A stretch of 64,000 bases of DNA from a virus. Lineage: Duplodnaviria > Caudoviricetes. Each line of letters begins with the position of its first letter. The stretch's first letter is position 1. Location of the stretch: the IMG/VR virus record IMGVR_UViG_3300021963_000022, one strand, 5' to 3'. Below are positions 28,368 to 37,871 of this stretch, one piece after another. The notes under the pieces are model-generated. The model worked only from the letters and a program-made list of their open reading frames with translations. It ran no database searches and was not told the origin of the DNA. The translations under genes and the position numbers were made by a program.

Positions 28368-29387
28368 ATGAAATATGCTCTCATAGATACTGCAAACACT
28401 TTTTTTCGTGCCCGTCACGTTGCGTCATATAACAGTGATGCATGGGAAAAAGTGGGCATGGCTCTACATCTAACACTTGCAAGTGTCAATCAAGTCGTAC
28501 GCAAGTACGGTGTTGACCATGTAGTCTTCTGCTTAGAGGGCAGAAGCTGGCGCAAAGACGTTTATGGTCCTTACAAAAAGAATCGTATTGTTGATGCACA
28601 ATCAGTTACTGAAGAAGAAAAAGAAGAAAACGAGATGTTCTGGGATACGTATGAGAAATTCACTACGTTTATCAAAGAGAAAACAAATGTATCGGTACTT
28701 AGGCATGAACGTGCTGAAGCAGATGACATGATTGCCCGATTCATTCACTTACACCCAAATGACACGCATTATATTATTAGCACTGATTCCGATTATGTTC
28801 AGCTTATTACTGATAAAGTGTTCCAGTACAATGGAGTCACAAATCAACTTATCAAACCCGAGGGATACTTTGACGACAAGGATCGATTGATTGTTGATAA
28901 GAAAACTAAAGAGCCTAAACTACTCGAAGATCCTGAGTACTTATTATTTAAAAAAATAGTTAGGGGAGACGCAGGAGACAACGTATTCACCGCATATCCC
29001 CGAGCACCCGAAAAAGGTAGTAAGAATCGTGTGGGTATTCGTGAAGCATTTGAAGACCGTAATCTGCAAGGCTTCAAGTGGAATAATTTTATGTTGCAAC
29101 GCTGGTTAGATCATAACGGTGAAGAACAACGAGTACGTGAATGTTATGAGCGAAACAAAATGCTTATTGACTTAAAGTCACAACCCGAGGACCTTAAGGT
29201 TTTATTTGATGACCGCATTAAAGAGTCTGTACGTATTGAAACTACTGCACAAGTAGGAATGCACTTTATGAAATTTTGTGGTAAATATGAACTTACTAAG
29301 ATTTCAGAACAAGCAGAGACATATTCCAAATGGCTGAATAGCTCATATAAAGGTGTATTACAACTATCAACTAAGGTTACTGCATGA
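28368..29387 (+). CDS. rnh: RNase H / 5'-3' exonuclease (T4 Rnh, FEN family)
   Basis: LIDTAN, FCLEG, EADD, ISTDSD, GDAGDNV. Confidence 0.88.
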   Translation: MKYALIDTANTFFRARHVASYNSDAWEKVGMALHLTLASVNQVVRKYGVDHVVFCLEGRSWRKDVYGPYKKNRIVDAQSVTEEEKEENEMFWDTYEKFTTFIKEKTNVSVLRHERAEADDMIARFIHLHPNDTHYIISTDSDYVQLITDKVFQYNGVTNQLIKPEGYFDDKDRLIVDKKTKEPKLLEDPEYLLFKKIVRGDAGDNVFTAYPRAPEKGSKNRVGIREAFEDRNLQGFKWNNFMLQRWLDHNGEEQRVRECYERNKMLIDLKSQPEDLKVLFDDRIKESVRIETTAQVGMHFMKFCGKYELTKISEQAETYSKWLNSSYKGVLQLSTKVTA

Positions 29388-29614
29388 GTAAGAAAACTAA
29401 AAAACTTGCCAAACAAGCAGGCTTTGTATTTTGGAAAAATGAATCATGGGGTCCAGGCAAAGGAAAGATTGATTGGTCAAGTGACTATGATAAAGAGTTT
29501 AAGGTTTATACTAAACTTGTAGTAGAAGAAACAGTTAAATGGGTTAACGATAATGTTGGTTTAATTACTGATGAAGCACGTAAAGACTTACATAAACATT
29601 TAGGTATAAAATGA
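29384..29614 (+). CDS. Hypothetical protein (divergent member of the KFAxLI family)
   Basis: KLAKQAGF...EFKVYTKLVVEET. Confidence 0.5.
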   Translation: MSKKTKKLAKQAGFVFWKNESWGPGKGKIDWSSDYDKEFKVYTKLVVEETVKWVNDNVGLITDEARKDLHKHLGIK

Positions 29615-29838
29615 CATTTACATTTCCTGACAAAACTATCAAAACGATTCGCAAAAGTGATCCTGATTTTACGATTATTAACGGGATAACTATGGCTCCG
29701 CGTGCCGGATTTGAAATTGCAAAAGAATGCCCTAGAGAATATAGGATGATTATCAGCACATGTATTAATAATGGATGGCTCAATCCTATAGCCTTTCTGA
29801 AAGAATCAGAATATACTTGGGAAAAATTAGGAAAATAA
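29611..29838 (+). CDS. Hypothetical protein
   Basis: ORF track; tandem overlaps with neighbours. Confidence 0.55.
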   Translation: MTFTFPDKTIKTIRKSDPDFTIINGITMAPRAGFEIAKECPREYRMIISTCINNGWLNPIAFLKESEYTWEKLGK

Positions 29839-29839
29839 C

Positions 29840-30100
29840 ATGAATGATGATGAAAAAGAAATTAAGTTTAATGTTGATGGTTACAGCCGAGAGCATATCC
29901 GAATGCTTGATACCATGTGGAGTAAAAAAACTACGGAAGAATATCAGGAATGGTTAAATGGTTTAACCACAAAAGAATTAGAAATGGCACTACAACTTAG
30001 CACAATACTATTGATGGAAATTATAGAACGTGATAAAATGAGTGACATTTCAGTAGCTAAGAACTACTTGAAGAAGTTTACATTAAAAGGAACACAATGA
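29840..30100 (+). CDS. Hypothetical protein
   Basis: ORF track. Confidence 0.55.
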   Translation: MNDDEKEIKFNVDGYSREHIRMLDTMWSKKTTEEYQEWLNGLTTKELEMALQLSTILLMEIIERDKMSDISVAKNYLKKFTLKGTQ

Positions 30101-30552
30101 ACTTAAAAGCTAAACCTATTATTAAAAATCAATACTGGGTAGTCACTGATGGTGAGAAAAAAGTAGGTAATGTTATTGCTGAAGGGAGTGGCTATGAGTT
30201 GAAGCTAGGGAAGAATTCACAACACTTTACAACTACTAAAGCTATTGAAAAGACTGCTAGTATTGAATTTGAGAACGTAAAGAAAGTAGTTAATCCTGAA
30301 CTACCTTTTTCAGTATTCCCCACTACGTCAAACAGGGTATATAACAGTGTATTAGATGTAAAACGTAAACTACATTTATTTACTGAAACACCTAAAAGCA
30401 AATGTTATCATGTTGCAGGTTGGTTTGCACTTAAACAAGATATTGAGTATGAAACAGTTTTTTGCCCAAAATATATATTTGTACAGCGTTATCCTTACAT
30501 CGGTCCGTTTAAAACTGAATCAGAAGCAAAAAGTAGCATAAATAGTATATGA
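30097..30552 (+). CDS. Hypothetical protein
   Basis: ORF track; ATGA overlap. Confidence 0.6.
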   Translation: MNLKAKPIIKNQYWVVTDGEKKVGNVIAEGSGYELKLGKNSQHFTTTKAIEKTASIEFENVKKVVNPELPFSVFPTTSNRVYNSVLDVKRKLHLFTETPKSKCYHVAGWFALKQDIEYETVFCPKYIFVQRYPYIGPFKTESEAKSSINSI

Positions 30553-30749
30553 TTCAAATTAAGCGTTTTATTGATAAAATAGCAGGTATTGACAGCAGGC
30601 AAGGTAAAGATGTAGTTTTACCTATATCTGATGCACGTGCATTACGTGATGAGATTACAAAATTGTTATTAGATCAAAAAGAAAACGCTACAACTTCAGT
30701 ACAAAATAATGAAACTATTGAAGTTGTGATGAGAGGTGGTAGTTTTTAA
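30549..30749 (+). CDS. Hypothetical protein
   Basis: ORF track. Confidence 0.55.
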   Translation: MIQIKRFIDKIAGIDSRQGKDVVLPISDARALRDEITKLLLDQKENATTSVQNNETIEVVMRGGSF

Positions 30750-31042
30750 TGAGTAGAACACAACCAAAAGTATTATTAGAGCATGTTGATAAAGAAACAT
30801 ACAAATCCGATCAAATTGTAGAAGCATCAGGAATTTGGGCTGTATTTTATGACGAACAACCTATCAATCTAAAAAGTCAGCACTACCTGGATAGTGAAGC
30901 TGTACCTAAGTATAAAAAGACAAGTTTTAGTAATCCAGGTCATGCACGTAATTTGTGCCGTAAACTTAACAAACAATTTAAAACAGACAAATTTTCTGTA
31001 GTGTTTATGAATAACGGTACCAAAGTGTACCCAGATGACTAA
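30749..31042 (+). CDS. Hypothetical protein
   Basis: ORF track; KYKKTSFSNPGHA motif. Confidence 0.6.
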   Translation: MSRTQPKVLLEHVDKETYKSDQIVEASGIWAVFYDEQPINLKSQHYLDSEAVPKYKKTSFSNPGHARNLCRKLNKQFKTDKFSVVFMNNGTKVYPDD

Positions 31043-31430
31043 GCCAAGTTATAAAGAACTTATCACAGAAACTGTACTTAACCAGTTAAAAGACAAAAAC
31101 TGGTCACAAGAAGAAGCAATGAAAAAATGGTGGATGACCGTGCGTAGTGACCGCGGTCTTCGCCTAACCGACATGGGTGATATGTGCTTCCGTTATGCTG
31201 ATTTAGAATTCTATGAGTATAAGCTAACAATGGACAAAGAACAAAGTATGTATTTTAATATACTTGAACTTAGTAAGAAAATAAAATGTCCTTATTATCT
31301 CGGTGTAAATAAAATTGAAGGAAAAAAGAGTGAGCCATATATAAGATTGTATGATAGTAGAATTGCTATTATGATTAGTTTATATGGAAATATCATGGAT
31401 TACTTAAAATCATTGAAAGAAAGAACATGA
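31035..31430 (+). CDS. Hypothetical protein
   Basis: ORF track. Confidence 0.6.
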   Translation: MTKPSYKELITETVLNQLKDKNWSQEEAMKKWWMTVRSDRGLRLTDMGDMCFRYADLEFYEYKLTMDKEQSMYFNILELSKKIKCPYYLGVNKIEGKKSEPYIRLYDSRIAIMISLYGNIMDYLKSLKERT

Positions 31431-31594
31431 CAGAAGAAAAGAAAAGTAAAAACCCGTTTATCAATTTAGCTAATGCCGCTAAGAAAGATAGTAAACATCC
31501 CGGTTTAGGTAAAGCTCCTAAATCACAAGGACCTAAGCCAACTAGAGGTTCAGGTGGTGCAACGATGGTAAGAAGAAGTGGACGTGGTGGTTAA
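31427..31594 (+). CDS. Small basic, Gly-rich protein (55 aa), not in the ORF track
   Basis: MTEEKKSKNPFINLAN...RRSGRGG; ATGA overlap. Confidence 0.55.
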   Translation: MTEEKKSKNPFINLANAAKKDSKHPGLGKAPKSQGPKPTRGSGGATMVRRSGRGG

Positions 31595-31675
31595 CATAGT
31601 GTCAACGAAACACTATACTACCGCGTTATATATATACACAATACAATATTGTGTTTAACCTAAAGGAAACTTAAA

Positions 31676-31921
31676 ATGAAAACATTAGCAATCGCCCTAA
31701 TCGCTACATTGTCAGTAGCAACAGCAATGGCTCAGGCTCCTGCCGCTAAGCCAGCAACACCTGCTAAAGCAGAAGCACCAAAAGAAGAAATGAAGTTAGC
31801 TAAGAAGAAAGCTGACAAAGACGCAGAAGCAAAGGCTAAGAAAGACGCTACTAAAAGCCCTGCCAAAGCAGAAGCTACATCGGCTGCACCTGCTAAGCCA
31901 GAAGCCAAACCAGCCAAGTGA
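31676..31921 (+). CDS. Small exported Ala/Lys/Pro-rich protein
   Basis: Signal-peptide-like MKTLAIALIATLSVATAMA; PAK repeats; SD AAGGA. Confidence 0.7.
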   Translation: MKTLAIALIATLSVATAMAQAPAAKPATPAKAEAPKEEMKLAKKKADKDAEAKAKKDATKSPAKAEATSAAPAKPEAKPAK

Positions 31922-31961
31922 AGTAGATGATGACTATGAACCTGATACATCTGATTCAGAT

Positions 31962-32096
31962 ATGCATCGTGGTTACGGTCGTCCTAGACTAACTAATCTT
32001 TGGGATGATGATTCTGAATTACCCGATCATATTACTAAACGACTAGAACAAATTAGAGACCAAGCTCTACAAAAATATAGAGAAGTTATGTTATAA
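31962..32096 (+). CDS. Small ORF of uncertain start (frame open from 31800)
   Basis: MHRGYGRPRL...ALQKYREVML; no SD before the ATG. Confidence 0.35.
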   Translation: MHRGYGRPRLTNLWDDDSELPDHITKRLEQIRDQALQKYREVML

Positions 32097-32105
32097 TCTA
32101 TATAC

Positions 32106-32123
32106 AAGTGATAAATACTTGTG
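32106..32123 (+). promoter_or_regulatory. Late promoter motif (second copy of the 18-mer)
   Basis: AAGTGATAAATACTTGTG. Confidence 0.6.
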
Positions 32124-32181
32124 AAGTTAGGGGTTCTTCATAAAAACCCACTTTTAAACACACACATATAGGAGATATAAA

Positions 32182-32469
32182 ATGTTTAACACAGCAACTT
32201 ACGCCCTTATTGACGGCGTTTCAGACTTCAAAAAGAAATTCGTAGAATCAACAGTTCAACACGATGGCATCAAAACAGCATTGAATGGTTTTATTGATGC
32301 ACAAACAAAATACACTAAAGCAGCCGCAGACGCAGGAATGCAATCAGCAATGGCTTTAGGCATGATTTTCACAAGTAAAGATTTTTACACAGAATTAGCA
32401 GACCAGTATAAAGCAATGGTTCCTGCTTTCAATAGTATTAAGTCTGCAAAATCTACAAAGGCTAAGTAA
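32182..32469 (+). CDS. Hypothetical helical protein (weakly phasin-like)
   Basis: 95 aa, amphipathic and Ala-rich; SD AGGAG. Confidence 0.5.
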   Translation: MFNTATYALIDGVSDFKKKFVESTVQHDGIKTALNGFIDAQTKYTKAAADAGMQSAMALGMIFTSKDFYTELADQYKAMVPAFNSIKSAKSTKAK

Positions 32470-32470
32470 T

Positions 32471-32638
32471 ATGAAGAAAATTCTAGGAATGCTAGTAGTG
32501 TTCCTAGGTTTCTCTACAGACACCTATGGCACTGAGTTAGAAAAATATATAGTCGGCCGAAATCCACAAGATATAGGCGACATTGAGCGATTGACCTACG
32601 AGTTCCATCGCAAACAATCAGATTGGAGATTTCTATGA
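32471..32638 (+). CDS. DUF3563-like small protein (55 aa)
   Basis: ELEKYIVGRNPQDIGDIERLTYEF. Confidence 0.5.
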   Translation: MKKILGMLVVFLGFSTDTYGTELEKYIVGRNPQDIGDIERLTYEFHRKQSDWRFL

Positions 32639-32870
32639 ACACACTTAAAAAACTATTTCAAAGCCTATTAGAGGCAATTCAGTCTATCAAAGACTACAAA
32701 GCGAGTAAGATGAAATGAATTTCATTAACGACCTAATTATGCTAATTAAATGGGCTAAAGAAGGTTGGGAAGTTCATCCAATCATTGACAATGAATTTAA
32801 GGGTTGGATATGATTAATTGGTGGCCTGTATCAGATGAAGAATGGGAGCAATTAAATTTTCCCGAAAGAT

Positions 32871-32899
32871 TTGAACAACCTAAAAAAATGTCATATACT
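32871..32899 (+). promoter_or_regulatory. sigma70-like promoter
   Basis: TTGAAC-17 nt-TATACT. Confidence 0.5.
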
Positions 32900-32929
32900 A
32901 TATGAACATTAACACACAAAGGAAATATA

Positions 32930-33202
32930 ATGTCAGACTTTACACCAAAACTACCCGAAGTTAAATTCAATAAAAATGGCTACGAAATTCGTACCGATAT
33001 TTTATCAATGGCTAAAGACCTAGTAGGTCAAGAGTATCATGCTAAATATATGGGATGGGAAGTCAGTGCCGAGCGTGATAAAAAAACTGGACAAATTGTT
33101 AACAAAGTGAACATGCCGGAGTTTCCAGGTCTAGACAAAATCCTAGAAACTGCTGAAAAAATGTACGGTTTTGTTAATCAAAGTACTAATACTAAAAAGT
33201 AA
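32930..33202 (+). CDS. Hypothetical protein
   Basis: NGYEIRTDILSMAK; SD AAGGA. Confidence 0.65.
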   Translation: MSDFTPKLPEVKFNKNGYEIRTDILSMAKDLVGQEYHAKYMGWEVSAERDKKTGQIVNKVNMPEFPGLDKILETAEKMYGFVNQSTNTKK

Positions 33203-33223
33203 TACTTTTAGTTCTCAAAAAAT

Positions 33224-33247
33224 GCCCCGTTTTTGGGGCTTTTTTTT
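33224..33247 (+). terminator. Rho-independent terminator insulating the first early island
   Basis: GCCCC-GTTTTT-GGGGC followed by T8 and preceded by an A-run. Confidence 0.8.
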
Positions 33248-33256
33248 ACCCAAAAT

Positions 33257-33300
33257 TTGACAATAAATGGATCTTCTGCTACAATAGAATCTTAGACAGT
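33257..33300 (+). promoter_or_regulatory. 44-bp early promoter cassette, copy 1
   Basis: TTGACAATAAAT-N11-TACAATAGAATCTTAGACAGT. Confidence 0.9.
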
Positions 33301-33317
33301 TAGATAAAGGAAACGAA

Positions 33318-33653
33318 ATGACTACATTCATCAAAGGCAATTTCTACGGTACTGAGTACGTTGATTACACAAACCCAGTTGACGGTACTACAAAGTTTGT
33401 AGCCCGTTTCAAATATGTTCGTGGTACTAAAGCAAGTTTCCTTACATTCCTTACAAAGAACTTTACAGTTGAGGAATACTTTGGTCGCTTAGAAAAGGGT
33501 GAAGCACCCCTTGAAATCGTTGGATCCAAGGGTTTTATTCAACCCCATATCAAAAAGATGTTGAAAGCACAGGGTTACCCAGTTTCCAAAGCAGGATTTG
33601 AGCAATTAGTCCAAGATAATGTTGCAAAAACGCAACAAAGATTGGCCGCTTAA
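33318..33653 (+). CDS. Early hypothetical protein
   Basis: ORF directly behind cassette 1 with SD. Confidence 0.7.
   Translation: MTTFIKGNFYGTEYVDYTNPVDGTTKFVARFKYVRGTKASFLTFLTKNFTVEEYFGRLEKGEAPLEIVGSKGFIQPHIKKMLKAQGYPVSKAGFEQLVQDNVAKTQQRLAA
33620..33637 (+). promoter_or_regulatory. Inverted-repeat operator candidate TGTTGC-AAAAAC-GCAACA
   Basis: Identical 18-mer at 49280-49297; both copies lie just upstream of a cassette -35. Confidence 0.55.
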
Positions 33654-33655
33654 AT

Positions 33656-33699
33656 TTGACAATAAATGGATTTGGGTATATAATAGAATCTTAGACAGT
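33656..33699 (+). promoter_or_regulatory. 44-bp early promoter cassette, copy 2
   Basis: TTGACAATAAAT-N11-TATAATAGAATCTTAGACAGT. Confidence 0.9.
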
Positions 33700-33716
33700 T
33701 AGATAAAGGAAACAAA

Positions 33717-33929
33717 ATGTCATACGGAATGTTTAGCGAAGAAGGCAACAAACAAATTGCCGATATCATTGAATTCCACAAAAATTACAAAAGCGACTGG
33801 GCCACAGTCTACCAAAATTTGCGTGACCTGGCTGATAGTGACTACGAGAAATTTGGCGAAGCAATGGATACTGAAGTCCGTGAAATTGTCTACACAAAAT
33901 TGGGTTTTAAGTCAGATTTCTATATTTGA
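33717..33929 (+). CDS. Early hypothetical protein
   Basis: Behind cassette 2; stop TGA lies inside the next -35. Confidence 0.65.
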   Translation: MSYGMFSEEGNKQIADIIEFHKNYKSDWATVYQNLRDLADSDYEKFGEAMDTEVREIVYTKLGFKSDFYI

Positions 33930-33969
33930 CAATAAATGGTTTCGGGTGTATAATAGAATCTTAAACAGT
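33926..33969 (+). promoter_or_regulatory. 44-bp early promoter cassette, copy 3
   Basis: TTGACAATAAAT-N11-TATAATAGAATCTTAAACAGT. Confidence 0.9.
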
Positions 33970-33988
33970 TAAACAACAGGAGTTAGAA

Positions 33989-34255
33989 ATGAAAGCATTG
34001 CAAAAATTCATTGACCAGAAGAATCACTGGAATAGTATTTTCAAAGGTGAGCAGTACGAAATCACCACTCATGCTGGTCGTCAGCGTGTTGCGGACATGA
34101 TTGATTCGGCTCTTAGCCCAGAGAATCTTACATGTGATGGTGAATTGCCCCGTGCAGAAGTTAACCGTCGCTGGAAAGAGTTGATGACTGCCGCTAAACA
34201 ATTGAAACAGTTGGACCCGTCTGTTAAGTTTTACGAATACGAATCTGAAATTTAA
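33989..34255 (+). CDS. Early hypothetical protein
   Basis: LSPENLTCDGE motif; SD AGGAG. Confidence 0.7.
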   Translation: MKALQKFIDQKNHWNSIFKGEQYEITTHAGRQRVADMIDSALSPENLTCDGELPRAEVNRRWKELMTAAKQLKQLDPSVKFYEYESEI

Positions 34256-34265
34256 GGAGAAGACA

Positions 34266-35009
34266 ATGCCTGGATTTGCTAATGTAACAAACATGACTAG
34301 CCGTCAAATTCAACGCATGGGTCATGCAGATGATACCGGTAGTGATTACTATCGTATCAAAACTAAAACACAAAAAGTTTCGGTAAATCATAATGCCGAT
34401 GATGTATGGAGTGCGGCATGTGCGGCACAACGTATCAACGGTAGTTATATCAAGTTAAGTAGAATTTCAGAAACACCGGATGTTACTAAGTTATCCAATC
34501 GTATGATTGTTGAACAACTGTTAGCTGATCCATTCATCATGACCGATGAGGATCGTGAGCAAGGTAAAAAGGTTCGTGCATTCTATCAGGCATTGACTTT
34601 CAAAATCTTGCAAGGTAAACAACTAAATGAGTTTGATAACAATGCAATGTTGATTGCCAATCGTGATATTATTACTAGCACCTATGATATTGCAGTTATT
34701 GCTAGTTTGCCATCATGCTATGAGCGTGGTGTTGAACGTCAATCAGTAGACCAGCGTGTCAATTTTGCACGTGGCGGATATATTAGTACTGTTGGTAACA
34801 AGATATCACTTACTGTTGAAGTATTGAAATCAATCTATTCACAAAAGTGGATGACACATTACATTACCGGTATTACTAGTGATGACCAAGTAGTGTTCTT
34901 TGCTTATAAAAGTGAATTGCCAGCTGGTAAGATGTTTGAAATTTATGGTACTGTTAAAAGTCATAGAGATAACACTACTCAACTTAATCGTGTGAAGGTT
35001 AATGTATGA
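34266..35009 (+). CDS. Hypothetical protein with probable C-terminal OB fold
   Basis: YISTVGNKISLTVEV...GTVKSH...TQLNRV. Confidence 0.55.
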   Translation: MPGFANVTNMTSRQIQRMGHADDTGSDYYRIKTKTQKVSVNHNADDVWSAACAAQRINGSYIKLSRISETPDVTKLSNRMIVEQLLADPFIMTDEDREQGKKVRAFYQALTFKILQGKQLNEFDNNAMLIANRDIITSTYDIAVIASLPSCYERGVERQSVDQRVNFARGGYISTVGNKISLTVEVLKSIYSQKWMTHYITGITSDDQVVFFAYKSELPAGKMFEIYGTVKSHRDNTTQLNRVKVNV

Positions 35010-35230
35010 ATATTCTATTTAAAGAATTTGCCGAAAAAGCTGATATTGTGTTTGGTGTTGACAAGAATGGTGATCCAGAGGTAATATGTGCTACAACTGA
35101 TATTGAAAAATTCGCACAATTGATTGTTCAGGAATGCAATCGTTATGCATGTAGTGCATGGGAACATGGTCCGTTGTTAGGTAGAGATTTGTTAATACAT
35201 TTTGGAATGGTGGAGTTGAATGATGAATAA
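35006..35230 (+). CDS. Hypothetical protein, KFAxLIxxC family
   Basis: DIEKFAQLIVQEC. Confidence 0.6.
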   Translation: MNILFKEFAEKADIVFGVDKNGDPEVICATTDIEKFAQLIVQECNRYACSAWEHGPLLGRDLLIHFGMVELNDE

Positions 35231-35453
35231 TGATGTTGAAAAACTTTTTAAACAAGCCAAGGGTTATGTTGAAGTAGACGGTGAAGGTAATCGTTCTACA
35301 TATACATATGATTTTGATCCTGATCAATTTGTTAGTTTGATTATAGAAAATTGTATTCAAACACTAGTCAATCATGGCTATACAGATGCGGCAACTCTGT
35401 TAAAAACAGAGAATGCTGAGGATTGGAAAAAATACGAATTTCCAAATATTTAA
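35220..35453 (+). CDS. Hypothetical protein, KFAxLIxxC family
   Basis: DPDQFVSLIIENC. Confidence 0.6.
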   Translation: MMNNDVEKLFKQAKGYVEVDGEGNRSTYTYDFDPDQFVSLIIENCIQTLVNHGYTDAATLLKTENAEDWKKYEFPNI

Positions 35454-35468
35454 TTAACGGAGAGTAAA

Positions 35469-35897
35469 ATGGGACTTGATATGTATGCTTATGTTGCCAG
35501 CAAGAAAGGTCAACAAAATGAGTATTATGACACTGCAGAGTTTGATCAAACAGTTAATGAATTTGTAAGTACAACTGTTACTAAGCCATACGAGATTGCT
35601 TATTGGCGTAAGCATCCTAACTTGCATGGTTGGATGGAACAGCTTTGGCGAAGCAAGGGTATGCCAGGTACAGGTAATAAAGATGCTACATTTAATGGCA
35701 TTGAGTTAGAACTAACTTGGGATGATTTGGATAAACTTGAACAAGCTATTCGTCATGGTCAACTTCCGAATACAACGGGTTTCTTCTTTGGCAATCCTGC
35801 AGACAATCATTACTATGAACAAGACCTTGAGTTTGTGAACAACGCTAAGGCAGAAGTGTTCTTAGGATTAAAAGTATTTTATAACAGTAGCTGGTAA
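35469..35897 (+). CDS. Phage hypothetical protein (MGLD..YWRK family)
   Basis: MGLDMY, AYWRKHPNLHGWM, GFFFG. Confidence 0.7.
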   Translation: MGLDMYAYVASKKGQQNEYYDTAEFDQTVNEFVSTTVTKPYEIAYWRKHPNLHGWMEQLWRSKGMPGTGNKDATFNGIELELTWDDLDKLEQAIRHGQLPNTTGFFFGNPADNHYYEQDLEFVNNAKAEVFLGLKVFYNSSW

Positions 35898-36010
35898 TGT
35901 ATATTACAAACAAATATCAGTCAGTGAGGTTACCATATAGCCCTGAGATGTTAGAGTGGCTATTGGTAACTTACCCTCATTCTAAATACTACATTGTAGA
36001 AGGAAAATAA
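35897..36010 (+). CDS. Small hypothetical protein (37 aa)
   Basis: MYITNKYQSVRLPYSPEMLEWLL...; TAATG overlap. Confidence 0.4.
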   Translation: MYITNKYQSVRLPYSPEMLEWLLVTYPHSKYYIVEGK

Positions 36011-36011
36011 A

Positions 36012-36536
36012 ATGGCAATACTATATCGTATTAAACCAGCAGATAAAAAATCAGTAGAAGCATTCTATGATGTTTATAAAAAAATGCCTGATGGCATTAT
36101 CCGTGGTTGGAGTGTAACCGAACTATATCGTTGGGGTCAAGGGTTTGTAGAAGATGAATCCGAGTTACCATATAGCGATGATCGGTATCATTCTGTCGAT
36201 CCTACAATTGGTTGGGGTTGTGAACTCGAGGACCTTTGTGCAGTAGACTTTGAGTTTGATGAATCCTTCACCGATGAAGAAAAAGAAGAAATTGAAGAAC
36301 TTTGGGCAAATGGCGACCCGAATGATGAATATGAACGTAGTGGTGCGGCATGGCTATATGACTATAGTGATTGGGAAGTAGAAGAAGATACTATTACTAT
36401 TTTGGGTCCGTTTGTTGTTGACAAAATTGATGAGGACGTGTATAATGAGAGCATAGAAACACTAGAACTTAAACCCCGTCCACCTTTTGTCGCAACAACA
36501 GCGTGGCCCTTTTCAACAGCACAGAAAGAAGATTAA
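36012..36536 (+). CDS. Acidic hypothetical protein
   Basis: ORF track; C-terminal AWPF. Confidence 0.65.
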   Translation: MAILYRIKPADKKSVEAFYDVYKKMPDGIIRGWSVTELYRWGQGFVEDESELPYSDDRYHSVDPTIGWGCELEDLCAVDFEFDESFTDEEKEEIEELWANGDPNDEYERSGAAWLYDYSDWEVEEDTITILGPFVVDKIDEDVYNESIETLELKPRPPFVATTAWPFSTAQKED

Positions 36537-37871
36537 ATGTCCGCTTCATGGATTAACAAACTGAATGAATCAGATAGTCGCCTGCACAAGGAAGATGTTA
36601 TTAAACAAGCATTAGAGGCAAGTGTCCTCGGTAGCACAAATGCTCAGATTTTTTTGGGTCTGACTAAGGCTTGTTACAATCCCTACGTTACATTTGGTGT
36701 ACGTAAAGTCCCTGATACTGTAGGCATTATTGATGCTGAAAATCCTTGGAGTGATTTTAATACATTGCTTACACTATTGTCACACCGTGATTTGTCAGGC
36801 AATGCCGCACTTGATGCTATCAATGAAATGAGTGAACGATTTGATAGTAGTGAATGGAATACATTTTGTGCCCCTATCATTCGTAGGGATTTACGTGCTG
36901 GAGTATCTGAAAAAACAATCAATAAAATCTGTAAAAAAACAGAATACGAGATTCCTGTATTTGGTTGTCAACTAGCAACTAATAGTGAAGGTCGTCCTGA
37001 GATGAAGGGCACTAAACGTTTAGAGCCTAAGTTAGATGGTGTGCGTGTATTGATGTTTGTAATACCCGGAGCAAGTGAGGGTGTCACTACTGTTTGTTAT
37101 AGCCGTAATGGTAAAGTGTTTGATAACTTTACACACATTGAAGAACAAATTAGTAGTAACTGGATTAAAATTGCTAGAGGTCATCAGAACGCATTGATTA
37201 ACGGATTTGTATTAGATGGCGAAGTGATCGGTAATACATTCCAAGAACTAATGCGACAAGCACGCCGTAAGACTGATGTACAAGCAGATGATAGTGTGTT
37301 TAATATCTTTGATATTATTCCTTTAAGTGATTTCCGTGAAGGACATTGGAATGCTCAACTACGTAAACGTATTGCTATACTTGAACACATTCGCCACGTA
37401 GTTGACACTATGCCTAACGTTGAACTACTACCACACATTATGGTTGACTTAGATACAGCCGCAGGTAAGGATCAACTTGAACGTTATGCTAAAGACAATG
37501 TGAACGCAGGGTTTGAAGGCATTATGATTAAAGAATTAGAAGCTCCATATATCTGTAAGCGTAGTACTGACTGGATGAAGTGGAAGCCAACGTTAACTGT
37601 AGACTTGGAGGTCGTAGGTGTTGAAGAAGGTACTGGTAGAAACTTAGGAAGACTTGGAGCATTAGTTTGTCATGGAGTTGACGACGGGAAAGAAATTACA
37701 GTCAATGTAGGTAGTGGCTTTAGTGATGGTGATAGGGATGACTATTGGACTAATCGTAATCTGGTCATTGGTCGAACTGCTGAAGTCTTATGTGATGTAA
37801 TTACACAGAACCAAGATGGTACTTACAGTTTGCGTTTCCCTCGCTTTGTTCGTTTTAGGGATGACAAATGA
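36537..37871 (+). CDS. lig: ATP-dependent DNA ligase
   Basis: EPKLDGVR, LDGE, FDI, EGIMIK, WMKWK, VGSGF, LRFPRF. Confidence 0.95.
   Translation: MSASWINKLNESDSRLHKEDVIKQALEASVLGSTNAQIFLGLTKACYNPYVTFGVRKVPDTVGIIDAENPWSDFNTLLTLLSHRDLSGNAALDAINEMSERFDSSEWNTFCAPIIRRDLRAGVSEKTINKICKKTEYEIPVFGCQLATNSEGRPEMKGTKRLEPKLDGVRVLMFVIPGASEGVTTVCYSRNGKVFDNFTHIEEQISSNWIKIARGHQNALINGFVLDGEVIGNTFQELMRQARRKTDVQADDSVFNIFDIIPLSDFREGHWNAQLRKRIAILEHIRHVVDTMPNVELLPHIMVDLDTAAGKDQLERYAKDNVNAGFEGIMIKELEAPYICKRSTDWMKWKPTLTVDLEVVGVEEGTGRNLGRLGALVCHGVDDGKEITVNVGSGFSDGDRDDYWTNRNLVIGRTAEVLCDVITQNQDGTYSLRFPRFVRFRDDK

Noticed and set aside
31732-31950. Hydrophobic minus-strand ORF
   Set aside because: Antisense of the Ala/Lys/Pro-rich exported protein; no independent signals
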